NCBI RefSeq assembly: GCF_009914755.1
Contig: NC_060937.1
Strand: one strand, 5' to 3'
DNA: 64,000 nt
DNA from: the human T2T-CHM13v2.0 reference genome, Homo sapiens
The notes under the pieces are model-generated. The model saw only the letters and a program-made list of their open reading frames with translations. It searched no databases and was not told the DNA's origin. Position numbers and translations under genes: made by a program. How positions within the stretch are numbered: position 1 is the stretch's first letter; the number at the start of each line of letters is the position of its first letter. Shown here piece by piece: positions 13,916 to 29,149 of the stretch.

Positions 13916-14081
13916 AAGGAAGGAAGGAAGGAAGGAAGGAAGGAAGGAAGGAAAGAAGGAAGGAAGGAAGGAAGGAAAGAAGGAAGGAAGGAAGGAGGGA
14001 AGGAAGGCAGGCAGGCAGGCAGGTAGTCAGGCAGGCAGGGAGGGAGGGAGGGAGGGAGGGAGGAAGGGAGAGAGGGAGGGA
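13916..14081. repeat. Compound (GGAA)n-(GGCA)n-(GGGA)n microsatellite
   Basis: Read directly from the sequence. Confidence 0.97.
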
Positions 14082-14839
14082 AATCTGCTAAAGTTGCTGT
14101 TAAAATAGCCTGGAAGAGAACTTAATTCATTGGATGGCATCATGTAGACTAAGGTTAGTCACAGTTAGTTTTACAGATCCATTAAGCTGCTACCTCATTA
14201 CCCAAAAACCTTGGGGAAGGAGGTGTGAACCCATCTGAGGTTCCAGCTATTTCTTGCCACTGGGATTTAGGTCTGTCTCTGATTTTCATTCACCTATTTC
14301 CAACCCATTACTCCAGTACATCAGAGTTAATAGTATTTATTATCAGTAATGATAAAAACATACAAATAAAACCTACTCAATGGCAGCATTGAAAAATCAT
14401 CACAAACAGTAATAATAATTTATCCTAATAGAGAAAAAAGAAAGAGGAAATAATAATATTGAAGTTTCTGATTTTTCCTTAAGGATGACATAGTTTGCTA
14501 AGAAATACTGAGAAGGTTCTCCCTCCTACTCCGTTTCTGGTTCCTTTGCCCCCTTAATTTTATCAGTTACAAATAAAGGATGAAAATATATGCAATTTCA
14601 CAGCTAAAGAAAAATGCAAAACAATAAGACACCATTTTGTCGATAGTAAAAATTCTGAGACACATCCAGTGTTATTGAGAATTAGATGAACGGACATGTC
14701 CATAGGCTGCTGGTAGGAGTATAATTTAGTATAATCTCTTCACTCCACCCAGACCAGTGAGGCAATATGTATAAAAAGATTCAAAATTGTTCATATCTGT
14801 TGCATTATCCTGAAGAAACAGTGCTATATATAATGGTAA

Positions 14840-15209
<370 letters not shown>

Positions 15210-15369
15210 TATTATGGGTCATCTTTACTACACAGCCATGTCATGCAGCCACTGAAACACTGTTAAAAGAGTACATGCTACAAGGACAATATTCATAACA
15301 CAAGTGGCAGTTTGACATGTGTTGTGATAAAATTGCATCAAAATCTATTCATTCTCAATATGAAAAATG

Positions 15370-16160
15370 ATGGTGAGCTAATGGAAAAATGGGCAAATAA
15401 AACCTACTCAATGGCAGCATTGAAAAATCATCACAAACAGTAAATTGATCCTAATAGAGAAATAACACACAGGACAGACTTGAATAAGCACTTCACATAA
15501 TAGGATACCCACAAAAGCAAATAAGCCTATGAAAAGGTACTCATATTATCCATAGAAGAAATGCAAATCAAAACTACACTGAGATACCCTACTTGAATTA
15601 CTAAAACTCTAATACCTGGCTTTTGGAAGTATAAACTGGTACAACTATTTTGGAAAACTGCTGGACAGTATTTACTAAAGCTGAATATATGCATATCCAA
15701 CAAAACAGCAATTACACTCCTAGGTGTATGTCTGATAGAAGCAAAAGACATACATAATAAAAACATTCTTAGCCATGTTATTTGTAATGGTTCAAATCTA
15801 GATACAACATAAATATCCACTGATAACAGGAAAAAAATGTGTGATATGCCCTTATAGTGGAATACTAAACAATAGTAAGAATAAATGAATTACAGCTTCA
15901 TACAACAACATGGATACAAAGTGTACAATCCTATTTTTGGAAAGAACAAGGTAAAGCTAGTTTATGCTCAGAGTCAGGACATGTGTGGAATGTGAGGTAA
16001 TGACTGGCCACGGGGCTACTGTGTTTCTAATTAAATTCTGTTTCTTGATCTGGTTATACAGGCAAGCTCATTTAATCAACATTCATCAAGCCATATACTT
16101 AGGATGGTTTACTTTTCCATATGTATGTGATTCTATCATATAAAGTTTACATTTAAAATG
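15370..16160 (+). mobile_element. L1M (old L1) ORF2 end and 3' UTR fragment
   Basis: aaaaatgggcaaa...gaaatgcaaatcaaaactaca...cagcaattacactcctaggt...gttcttgatctgg. Confidence 0.85.
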
Positions 16161-16289
16161 AAGGAAGAAGCTAGGGAGTATATGGGAAGTTTAAATAAAA
16201 TAAAACAAAACGTCCTAAATCAATGCAATACACAATGCCAAGCAATTTAGTGAAGAGGGGGCTTCACAGAGGCAAGAATTTTCTCTCTC

Positions 16290-16632
<343 letters not shown>

Positions 16633-17194
16633 TAGTGCTTGGCATTTTTTGAAAGAAAAATACCTTTTTCACATGATTAAAGAAGACCTTAGTGCAAAAA
16701 TACAAAGAGGTTATAGATAGAACTGGAGATCTGTTTAGAAGAGCATGTGATGAACCATATGGGCCTACAACACAAAAAAGCAAACTTTGAAAAATACATA
16801 AGGATGGGCCCGGGGGCACAGAAACTACCACAAGGAGAGTGGTATCAGCAGGATATGAAAACTAATCACAAATAACTTAAAAAATTATTCTCAGAACCCC
16901 TTTTCTGGTTATTAAAACAATATGCAGAAGACACAGAGTTAATTTCTAGGAAATATCACATTTCTACAACATAGTACCTAGAGTTACTGACTTGTATTAC
17001 TTCATCCCATCACTAAATACATTTCTTTCTCATCCTCAGCAGATCAAGACTGCTTATATTTAGGCAAGGAAAGGGAACGGGGATCAGTAAATGAAGAGAA
17101 AGTAGGTTAACAGAATGAAGAGTAATAGGCGGTGTTCAGCTTCCAGTAAGTGAGCAGCAAACAGAGACACCAGTGTTTAAAAAGTGATGAAAGT

Positions 17195-17490
17195 GGCTGG
17201 GCACAGTGGCTTTGGGAGGCAGAGGTGGGTGGATCATGAGGTCAGGAGTTCGAGACCAGCCTGGCCAACATGGTGACACCCCATCTCTACTAAAAATACA
17301 AAAACATTAGCCAGGTGTGGTGGTGTGTGCCTGTAATCCCAACTACTGGGGAGGCTGAGGCAAGGAGAATTGCTTGAACCTGGGAGGCGGAGGTTGCAGT
17401 GAGCCGAGATCGCGCCCACTGCACTCCAGTCTGGGAGACAGTGTGAGACTCCATCTCAAAACAAACAAACAAACAAACAAACAAACAAAC
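17195..17490 (+). mobile_element. AluS with a 21-bp 5' internal deletion and (CAAA)n tail
   Basis: ggctgggcacagtggc|tttgggaggc; TSD aaaaagtgatgaaag at 17179-17193 and 17491-17505. Confidence 0.95.
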
Positions 17491-19399
17491 AAAAAGTGAT
17501 GAAAGCCTTGAGACTTATTAGAGAGGCTGCTATTGTCAAAGGCTGCAAGTGTAGAAACAGGTCCTAGGCGCTGTCTCAGGCAGGACTTTTCTCTGCCCTA
17601 ATAAGACTGTCAGAGATTTTCCTTAATGCACTATGCCCTTCACTTTTTTCTTCTGGCATATTAAAAAATAGAGCATACATCATCACTCTCATTTGAGAAG
17701 CTGCCTGATAACAGATAACAAAGAATTTTAAAAGATCTTTTTCTTTATATTTTCTCCTCCTTTCGTACATGGGGAAAACTAAGAAAAAGTTATGAAATAT
17801 GCTTTCCATCCAGTGATAAAATAGCACTTTGGATTTAATAAAACTCTGTTCATGGTTTATCAAATATCAACTTAACAACTCTTCAGAGTAACTATATTAA
17901 TAAGATGTGAGTAATAAAAGAACTGATAATAAAAGTTTCTTAGTTGTCTCTTATATTTGTAGCCTTGAAGTTACACAGATTTTGAGTTACTGGCTTGTCA
18001 GAGCTAAAATACAACAAGATGTTTTAACATTTTAAAATCCTAAACCCTAACGGTATTTACTAGTTCATCTTTCCATGTGAATATGTTGGTAAATGTGGAC
18101 TTCGTTGTTATTTGCATATCATATTAGCATTGTTCTGCTGCATACATGCTTTAATGGAGGAAGGTATGCAAATATAATAGGCCTAATTATCTTATCTCAA
18201 AAGAAAAAATGTTGTCAGACTTTTTTAACCTTAAGGTGGCAATACAAACTAGGTGAGGGTACATACAGTAATATATGAGGTAAATGAGTGATGCGCTATT
18301 GTTTTCTTTGGTATATTTCAGTGTTCCTTTGTTTCATTATTCTTCTAGAAATTGTAATAAGACAGCTCCTGTGACTAATTAACCCAAAGAGGTTTGACTA
18401 ATAGAAGGAGATTGCAAGCATGATTACTTAAATGATCATGTACATAGCACTTAATGATCATTATCATTTATTCTAATATTAGTGCTAATAAATGGTAAAA
18501 CTGTTTAAGCCAAATGCTGTCACATCACAATAAAGTACATCATGGCTAACACTAATAATTTCTAATTTACTTGGGAATCAATGAGACATTATAGCATTCT
18601 TAATGCATGTCAATTCTTGCTTCAAAAAATTTATAAACCCTTTAAAAGCATAAAAATATTTAGTATTTATCTCTTTACCTAGACGAAATAACAAACTGTC
18701 TAACCATCATTTCCCCTCCAAACCACAGTTCCAGCTATGCTAACTACATCCCTGGCTTTCATGAGATCAGTGTAATACACGAAAAGTCACTTCTTTATAA
18801 AAAAAGTCAACGATTATAACTAACATCAGTGTTTCAAAATGCGAATTTCATCCTACCCTCTTGCTTACTAAGGAGTCAGTGGATACACATTATCTACCAG
18901 AGTTTTACACACTACCAGAAGGGTACCTTTGCTCTAAAAAGTAAAAAAAAAATGTAGAGTGGTACTTGATTTTTCTCTATTGCTCATTTCTATCATTTTT
19001 TTTCGCACATTAAGAATGACAAGGGAAGAAAATAATTCAGAAATGTGCTGCAAAATCACTGGTCAATATTATCTATACAACACAAAAGAAAAGGTTGGAA
19101 GGGTGTTCATTTTATATGCAAAAGCACATTTATTATCCTGAGCTAGTGACACTACCATTATTGACTCCTATCATCCCTATCACTCCTTAGGAGTGTACAC
19201 TGAAGAGCATTTTAGTTTCTGGATCACATAAAAATGATAAGCTGAGAGGTAGAACAGAGAAAATTCCTCTTTAGGTTTATATATAGCATTGGAAGACAGA
19301 AAGTAAAGAGAAATAATGCAAAATAAAAGTACAACCAGTGTATTTTAGGAGAAAAGGAGATAGATAACTAAATGAAAGAAGAGATTTCGGCTTCTGGTT

Positions 19400-20015
<616 letters not shown>

Positions 20016-20247
20016 ATGTTTCTATTATTATGGCAAAGTAAAATAGTATCTAGGACTATGCCAAGTAGTGTACCATAATCATATATCACTTGTCTTTTTT
20101 TCTAAAATTAATAATTGCCTATTGCCTCTTTTTTTTTTAGTGTCTATCATTATGGTGGTCTAAAATCGTCCCGGAAGCCTTTTAATACAATTGTACAAAT
20201 GATCATTCAGATTAATTGTAAGATTCACATTTTCCCCTGATCTTCCC

Positions 20248-20601
20248 TGCTATGGTTTGAATGGCTGTCCCCTCCCAAACTCATGTGGAAATTTAATTGC
20301 CATCATAATAGTATTGTGACATGAGAACTTTACAAGGTAATTAGGCCTTGAGGCGTCTGTCTTAGTTAATGGGTTGATGCCATTATTGTGAGAATAGTTT
20401 CCTTACAAAGGATGATGAGTCCAGCCCTGTTTTGTCTCCCTTAGCCCATCACCATGGGAAGATGCAGTAAGAAGGCCCTCACTAGATGCCAGAGCCTCAA
20501 TCTTGAACTTCCCAGCCTCCAGAGTTGTGAGCCAATAAACTTCTGTTCATAAGTTACCCAGTCTGTGTAATCTGTTAAAACAGCAAAAAATAGACAAAAC
20601 A
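20248..20601 (+). mobile_element. MST-type MaLR solo LTR
   Basis: tgctatggtttgaatg...cttcccagcctccaga...gccaataaac...ca. Confidence 0.88.
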
Positions 20602-20706
20602 ATCTCCAAGAACCCTCTATCTTTATGCTTTTTCAAATATTGTACTATTTTTTTCTGCTACCTTGTTTTCCATATCCAAGGGATCCTTGTTTCCTAATTC
20701 TTTTTC

Positions 20707-20872
20707 ATACATATATCTTTATATATGTGTATACATGTGTGTATATATATACACATATAAGTGTATATACATATGTACACATATATACATATATTCACAT
20801 ATATGTATATACATGTGTATATATGTATATACATATATGTGTGTACACACACACATATGTGTATGCATGTAT
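20707..20872. repeat. (TA/CA/TG)n low-complexity alternating purine-pyrimidine tract
   Basis: Read directly; explains the Y/I/H/T/C/V-rich ORFs. Confidence 0.93.
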
Positions 20873-20904
20873 CCTGTTCCTTTCATCATTGAAATAGTCT
20901 TTTA

Positions 20905-21202
20905 GGCTGTGCATGGTGGCTCATACCTGAATCCCAGCACTTTGGGAGGCTCAGGCGGGAGAATCATTTGAACTCAGGAGTTTAAGACCAAGCTGGCCAA
21001 CACAGTGAGACTCTGTCTTCACAAAAAATAAAAAATAAAAAAATTAGCTAGGCATGGTGGTACGTGCCTGTAGTCCCAGCTACTCGCAAGGCTGACGTGG
21101 ATGGATGGCTTGAGTCTGGGAGATCAAGGCTGCAGTGAGTTATGATCATACCACTGCACTTCCGCCTAGGCAACAGAGAGAAACCCTGTCACAAAAAAAA
21201 AA
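20905..21202 (+). mobile_element. AluJ
   Basis: Dimeric Alu; degenerate TSD aaatagtcttt / aaattgtcttt. Confidence 0.92.
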
Positions 21203-21971
21203 TTGTCTTTGATATCCCTGAAATTATAATTGTGGTGTTTTGCTTGAAATTTTTCTTTTGTTCTTCATATTTTCTCTTTTTATTAAGAGGTCCTTTGTTT
21301 TTCCTTTTTTCTCCATATTAAATGTTTTCCTCAAATGTTAGCTAATGAATCTGTGGCCCAAATCAATATTTAAGAGTAAACATTTTGTGTGAATAAGTAA
21401 GTTGGTTAACTAATGGGTTTCTCTGTGTAATTCTCTTGCTCCGAGCTAGTACTGTGGGGAGGAGCAGAGTAGTACCAGAAAGCCTGTTCTCTAGACTGTT
21501 CATTATATCCAGAGATGTATTCTGTCATCTGCTTGGAGCATAAACTTTGCTTCTGTATGCTAAGAACTAAGTGGCAAAAGGGAGTTAGAAGAGGCTTTTT
21601 CAATTCATTTCCACTTTTTTCTCCTTAGGTCATCTTCTGTGTTTACATAATCCCTGTTTGCAGTAGAACACCTTGCTCCTGCTTCATATTCCCATTCTAG
21701 ATTCTTGAGCGCAATTGTTCCTAACAATAAATCTCTGATCTCCTGGAAGGGTGGGAGAAAGGGAAGTGAGGTGAGGCAGTATAGCATAATGGTTAAAATT
21801 CTGGACTTCGGAGTCAGACTGTCTAGATGGTGGCTGAACTGCTCCTTTTCCAGTCCCATTTTCAGCTCTATGGCTCACTAGTTCTGTCAGCGGTTCCTGG
21901 CACCAATAATTCCTGAGCCCTCAGAGTCCTGGGAGGGATGGATCAGTCCATTTGCCACTGGGGCCCTGTGG

Positions 21972-22434
21972 TGTTGTGGATTGAACTGTGTCCCCTCAAA
22001 AAAGATATGTTAAAGCCCTTACCCCTAGTACCTGTGAATGTCAACCGTATTTGGAAATAGGATCTTTGCAGATGTTATCAGGTAAACTCAGGGTCATACT
22101 AGATTAGGTTGAGTCCTCATCCAATGACTGATGTCCCTATAAGGCAGCCATGTGACAAGTTAAAGGACACATGGGGAGAACACCATGTGATGATGGAGAC
22201 ATACACTGGAGTGATGCAGCTACAAACCAAGGAACACCAAGGACCACCAGCAATGACTAGAGCTAGGAGAGAGGCATGGAATAGATTCTCCCACAGAGCT
22301 GCCAGAAGGAACCAGCATTGCCAACATCTTATTTCAGACTTCTAGCCTCCAGAATTGTGAGAGAATAAATTTTTGTTGTTTTCAGCCTTCCAATTTGTGA
22401 TAATTTGCTATGGTAGCCCTAGGAAAATAATACA
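21972..22434 (+). mobile_element. MLT1C-like MaLR solo LTR
   Basis: tgttgtggattgaactgtgtccc...tatttggaaataggatctttgcagatg...gagagaataaattt...taataca; TG...CA ends. Confidence 0.9.
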
Positions 22435-22879
22435 TCTGGATTCCAGCTTTCCACTCACATCATCGTTTTCTCCATCCTTCCCATGTCTACATATTGTTGT
22501 TCCAGATTAAAGATATCTTGATGTCACAGGTGCTGGGAATTGTTTTTGTAACTCTTTCTCTTGGTGGCTCTGTGGTGATTGACTCCCAGGGACAAAAGGA
22601 GGTAAAAACATCTTTATTATTCTATTTTAAAAACAAAATTCTCCATAGTCTTAATTTTCAACTTTTTTCTGCTAAACTAGTTTATATTACTTCCGGTATT
22701 TTAAGTACAGTCCAAGAACTATTCATAGCAAGAAAATTAATTTCCATGTCTCCAATTACTAAATCCATTCTATGTGCCATTCTTGTTGAAGGATTTGCAA
22801 TAACTTTCTATTGGCAAATGTATCATGGAAGGAAAGTGAAGAAGGGGAAGGAATGAGAAAGTGCCAGCGTATTTTGAAT

Positions 22880-23100
22880 TTATTGAGTAGCTACTCAATT
22901 CTAGGCACTACATCACAAATCTGGGCACCTTCATACACTTTCATTTAGTCTTCCTAACAGCCTATGAAACACATAGTGTAATTCCTCTTCTTATAGCTGA
23001 GGAAAAGAAAACTTAAAGACAAATAACCACAGTCACCCTGATAGTAAGTAAAGAATTTAAACCAGACCTGTTTGACCTCAAAGCCCAAACCTGACTCCGA
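22880..23100 (-). mobile_element. MIR
   Basis: ttattgagtagctact...ctgaggaaaag...atttaaaccagacctgtttgacctcaaagcc. Confidence 0.65.
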
Positions 23101-23869
23101 ACTGTTTTTCAAGGTCAAACTGCTCTGCCAGACCATTCACTTGTAGAAAGAGTATTTGAAAATCTGGCTAGTTTTATGCTTTCACAAATAGTCACTGAAT
23201 AAAAACAACTACTGCTATTTTTTTTTAAATACCTACTATGTGTAAGGTATTTTGCAAATTATTTATTTTTAATACTGACAGGTGGTTTCCATATCTGTGG
23301 CTACTTGGAACTGACCTTTAAGGAGGGCAAATAAAGTAAAATATAAATCCAATGGTATCTTATAAATAAATACCAAGTGTTGTTTTCTTAGAAAAGATTT
23401 CAGACACATAATGCAGTTGGCACATGCCTGGAAGAAACTCAGCTGCAGTAGGGTCCCCCATCCCTGCCATAATGCCTACTACAGATGGAATACAACAGCA
23501 GAAACACTGGTGAACCACACATTGTTATGTTCCAAAAGAGTTTTCATTATTTTCCTGTAACTACTACAGTTTTCAAAACACAAAATATCTTATCCTATCA
23601 GAAAATTTGATGACTCTGCTTGGCTGGTGCTCTATAGCACACCCAGTCTGCCTACTGCCTGAGCATTGTGGTCACACGTGGTGATTACTTTTTAGAACCT
23701 TTAGGCTGCTGGGGATCATTTGCCCTTTTTCACAGGGCCCGGGAGGCACCTTGGCTACTTTTCTTACCATGGATTTCACACACTATACTATCACTACATA
23801 AGTAATCATCTCCCTCTGCAACTGGGCCATTAATGTAAAAATTATTTTGTGTCTCCCTGATCACTTTCT

Positions 23870-24560
23870 TCTGACATTCCCTAGAGATCTGTCAGCCCCA
23901 ATGACCTTGCCTCCTTCCCCCAGCCAGAGACTATGACTTTAAGGAAGAGATCTTATCTCCTAATTCTCAGAGAAAACAGGTGTTATCAGATGGGAGCTCA
24001 GAATTTTCCCTCAATTACTGTCTGCATCCACTTCTGTTCAAACATCCTTCCTTTGTAACTGTCCAGGTGCTCTGCACCTATGCTTTCATATCCCATTCCC
24101 CGGGAACCTAACCTAAGCTACTGCTCCCCTAAGTCTTAGCCCCACACCTCCAGAACTATTAATACTTCCTTTCAGAATACAAAGACAGTAAAGCCTTTGT
24201 CATATGAATGGCAAAGAAACATAATATGCTCATTAAATCACAAACCATTTGGTTCAGCTATTTTCCTACTTTTTCTTTTCTTCATATCTAGGCTTTCAAA
24301 AAAAAAAAAAGAAAGAAAGAAAGAAAAAAAGCTCCACTCCTCCTCCAGCCAAGGCTACCTGGCTTCAGTTTCTACCAATACTGCGTTTCTCAAGGTAAGC
24401 AGTGATACCCGAGTCCTTCAGTCCAATCTGTGCTCGGGTGCTTATCCATCCTTTTTGTACCTGGCCTTTCTGAACATGTGGCTTTGGTGACTATTCTTTC
24501 CCAACTTCTTTGTCACTGGTGGCTCCTAGGGGAGAACGCTCCTCCTCTGGCTTCTCTTTC
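23870..24560 (+). mobile_element. L2 fragment
   Basis: C/T-rich, L2 ORF2-like (ctgcgtttctcaaggtaagcagtgatacc...ctggcttctc). Confidence 0.55.
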
Positions 24561-27500
24561 TCTTTCTTGCTCCTTCCAAGTTGTATGACCCAGATGAGCC
24601 CTGCACTCCTTCCAGCTTGAGAGATCCAGTAAGACCAAAGACTATCCCAGGTACACATGACGTCATTTCCTCTGTATGCTCAGTGAACCTCCACAGTAGC
24701 ACCACCTCGTTGGATTGTAACTGTTTAGGTTAAACAATTTATTTGTCTCTAAAACTGTAGATTCACCAAGAATTTGACATGCCCATGAAAGTTTAGTTCT
24801 CAAATGGCAAACAATTATTAATATCATAGAAATGGCTTCCCTTTTAAGTAATGCAAAATTACACAACACATAGAAACAGAGACAATGTGTAACAAATCAG
24901 TAATCAAACGACAAAATAAGTAATTCTTTAATCCTCTTTTAAAAGGGATTTTTATTTTGGGAGAAATTTGAGGAAACCAACATATCCTTTTACCAGTTTT
25001 TTTTTTTAAGTCCAAACACAAAATTTAAAACAAAAGTACAGAGTTCAAGGAGCTTCTAAAGTCTGTCCATTGATTCCTTATAAACTTAGACTCTGAACTT
25101 TTGCCATAAGAAAAGGGAGAGATTCAGAATGGGCAAACGATTTAAAAAGATCATAATAATTATAGTCCACTATGGAACACAAGCAGAACAAGAGATATTA
25201 ATCATAACAACCATTTCAGGGAAGTCAAGGACATTACTTTCCTTATACAATACAGTTCTTTATCTCCTTCTCACTAAATTTATTCCAGCCTTCAGCATAC
25301 ATTTGTGAATGCTCATTAAATGAAAGACATTTGCTATTTCTTGCATAAATGTCCTTTTAAAACAACTTGAAGTCTTCACTACTTGAGACTTTTCTAACCT
25401 GTTCATGCTTAAGAGTCTGTTTGATAATGACTATGCCAAAAGGTTGTCCTGCCCTGACTATAAATTAGATAAGAAAAGCCTTTCCTGTCTACCCACAGGG
25501 CATCCTTACCTAGGCAGGAGCCCTGCTGAGTCCATTCTGCCTTTTGCTTGACTACATGGTAAATACAAGAGACTGATGTTTGAATAAACTGTGAAATCAT
25601 CCAAATTATTTTACATTCCTAGCCTAAAAAAATCTCCTTAAAAAATATTTAAGTCTTTTGACAGCTACAGGTAGCATTTGATTCTGCTTGAAAGCCCAAG
25701 TGTAAGGGTGTCAAAAACCATTAGTATTTTAATAGCTCCCTTTCTTAGGTTATTTGTCAGGCATGAGTTCATCAGGAAAAGAACAAAAAATACTCTCAAA
25801 AAATAGGCCAATGACATTTAGAAAATCAAGTTATTTTAATATATTGTTCCTTATGCTCTTTCTACTTTAAAATAAGATACAGTTAAAATAAATGAAAATG
25901 GTAGTTGTCAACATTTACTACTTCAATAGAGTTGTCTTCATTGTTTCCAAAGAAGACTTAAGGCAGTTAGTGCTCAGTAGACACCAATGGAAACCTTAGA
26001 AATTTCCTAATTCTGCCTAAAGACAAACTCTTGCTGTTTGAGAAAAGGCAGGTCAAGAAACAAGGTGTCCCAAGATCGAGTGGATTGGGGATGGGGGAGG
26101 GGTGGCTATATATGAAGTTTTGATATATCAACAACAAAGCCCATCTTGTGTGCCTCCCTTAGAAAAATATGCTAATTCAAAGATATCTAACCAGCTTCAC
26201 ATTTAACTCTGACTTCAAATCAGAGTGGCAGAGCAGCTGTGCCTGGAGGCAATACAATCTTATTTCTATAAAAATCTCTCAAAGTGCCATATATAAGTGG
26301 AAGAGTAAAAATAGATAATCAAATCCAAATTAAGGCTATTAAGAATTGATTTAGTGTAAAGATAATATAGCAAGATTTTGTTTAGGTTATGGATGCTCTC
26401 TAAAAATGCATAATACTTGTTTGCCTAAAATTTTGATTATGTTTTATCTTATTTTGTCACAGTTAAATAGTTTTATCTTTAGGGGTTTTAATTGCATATA
26501 GTTTATAGAATTCTTTCTGATTACTCTCTATCCATTTAACTGGAAAAAAAATCCCACTGTACCACTTATGAAAAGAGAACCACCTAATAAGGATGCAAAC
26601 AAACTGCAGGCAGATGCAGCATAAGGTGTGGTTCAACAATTCATATCTGTGGAGCCTTTATCACAAAAGTTTTACAGACAGTTCACAGAGTGTACAGTGG
26701 AAGAGAAGTCCCTAGGAGAGTAGGAATTAATGTATCCTGAAAAACACCAGTCACTCAGTGGTATACCAGAGGTTACAAAGAAAACAATCAAGAAAAGAAA
26801 AAGAAATGAGAAAACCAAAGTCTTCTTTCAACCTTCGTTGTATAGGCTCCACTACTGTGTAATTCCTCCCAACTTCTTGATCTCTTTTCTGCTTCTCCTT
26901 CACTTCATTACTCACCTGACTCCATTCCTAAGGTTCAGTCCTTAACTTGCCATTCTCTTGTTTTAAAGATTCTCCTTTAGATAACTCACTTGCTTATGAA
27001 TTATTAGCAATTCTCTGTGGGGGTGTCTTAACCTAGAGCTCTAGGCTGGGCCTCTTTCCTTTTTGACTTTTTTTTTTCTTCCCCTCTTTGACTTTTCCCC
27101 ATCCATAGCAGCCGATTCATACTGGCATATAGGTTGCCATGAAGTCCTTTCAATCCCTCCCTCTCACTTACACTTTAGTTCCATACTAACTATGGGGACC
27201 TGTCATTTTCATGCTCAAAAACCTCAACAATCCAAATTCCTTGGCCTGGTGTCAGACCCGCAATATACTTCTTCCCCATCTGGTACCTTAAACTGGGCCA
27301 GCTGATTTCTTAACACTCAAACACCATACTATGATATTTATTAAAATGCATTAATAAATATTTTAATTATCTTGATTTAAAAGAGGAGATTTTACTATTT
27401 TCTGTAGACTACAGAAAATCTTTAGGTTTGGACTGTGTTGAATAAAGAAAATAGATAATGCCCTGTACTCATCAACAAATACATTCTTTTGTTTTAATGT

Positions 27501-29149
27501 TGCCACACTTTGCTTGACTAAGGGAAAGATATTTAATAAGTAGCCCTCCACTTCTAAGAAGTGAGTAACCAAATCGAAATTGAATCTCCCCTCCCCTACA
27601 TCTGATCCGACAACTCTTTGAAGCTATGCATAGACCAAACAATCAAATATCTCCTTTTGATGATAGATAACTTCAAGGGAGGAGATGGGAAGCGGTTAAC
27701 TGTGTTCACAGCTGGAACTTTAGCAACTGGCATATCAAATTATTTGGGTGACATTAAGAGATTTGATTTTACTCCTTAATATGTATTAACAGTTCCATTC
27801 AAGTATAAACATAAACATGTCTGTTCATTCAACACATTCTTATAAACACTTACATGCCTGATACCAATCCAACTAAGTATTGGGGTTACAGCAGTCAACA
27901 AGACAGATATGCTCCTTTATGCCTTGTCTCCACTCTGATGAAACTCATGAGTACTGTGACAGACACTGAATAAAAACATCTTCAGGGCAGTGTGTATTAT
28001 AAAATGGGAAGACTAGGGTGTTACTAGAATGTACAGTTCTACAAGGTTCAGACTGGGGTTCAGAAAGGACCTCCTGAAAAATTGCATACATGCTACTACT
28101 GCTGCTGCTGCTAGGCTCACTCTTGCCCTTGGGTTTTGGCCTCATTTCTACTCATCTTTCAAGTCTCAGCTTGCATTTCAGATCCTTTCTGGAAGCCAGC
28201 TCTAAACTGTCCTCATGAAGTCTGGATCAGTCTTTCTGACTTCCTGGTCTTGCCAAAATTTTTTGTTGCCTCTAACCTGGCATTTACCAAAAGTAGGGCA
28301 ATTATTACTAGTCTGTCTTTCAACTAGATGGTGCATTCTTGGAAGATATCTATAAATCTTAAGTGCCTAGCAACAGCTTAATAAATTTTGCTGAATAAAT
28401 AAAGATTTAGCACATACTTCATTTCTGCCTGTGCCTTTACAGCCAAAGCAAAAGATAACAGGTACAACTTGTAACCAAAGTGTTTTTGGTAGAGGTTTGG
28501 ACCACAGCACAAAGGCTGGATAATTCAGTGCATGAGATGTCTGCTTCTGAAGTCCACTGAAGTTAGAATGCTTGAGGTCAGTTTGCTAAAATACATATAG
28601 GGACATTTTAGCCCCAACATCCAGGAGGATACTTTACCAGAATTTTTTTCTATTCTGAGAGAAAAGATGCTCTCTCTCTATATAAAAAGAAACCTAAGAA
28701 GTCTGAGACTATAGCTATGATTTAAGAAGGCACAGACAACACACAGACAGCAAAAGATATACAGACAATAAAAAATTAAAATTGCAGCTAATAAACTCAA
28801 ATTTAGGCTTTGGATATATATTTTTTACCCAAGCTTTCTATAATATTTCTAACACAGCATAGGTTTATTAAAATTAACAAAAATGTTTTAATACTGAGTT
28901 TATTAAAAGAAATAAAAAGTGGTCATAATTAATTCCAGATTATTTTCATAATCCAAACCTCAGACTAGGAAAACAGTGCTATCTAGTGGCTAAATTTGGG
29001 AAGAAGAGATGAGGCACACCAGAGGCTGGAGAACCTCTGAGAGGCTGTGTCTCAATTGTTTAACTTTATGTTACAAGCTAAAAAAATGTATGCATATAAG
29101 TCACCAGCTCATGGATGGGAAAGGAATTAGACATGGATTCAAGCAGTTA

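Noticed and set aside
22494-22856. 120-aa hydrophobic ORF downstream of an LTR
   Set aside because: Non-ATG start, AT-rich composition and no homology that I recognise. An LTR-driven antisense transcript using the donor gag|gtaaaa near 22601 cannot be excluded but is unsupported.
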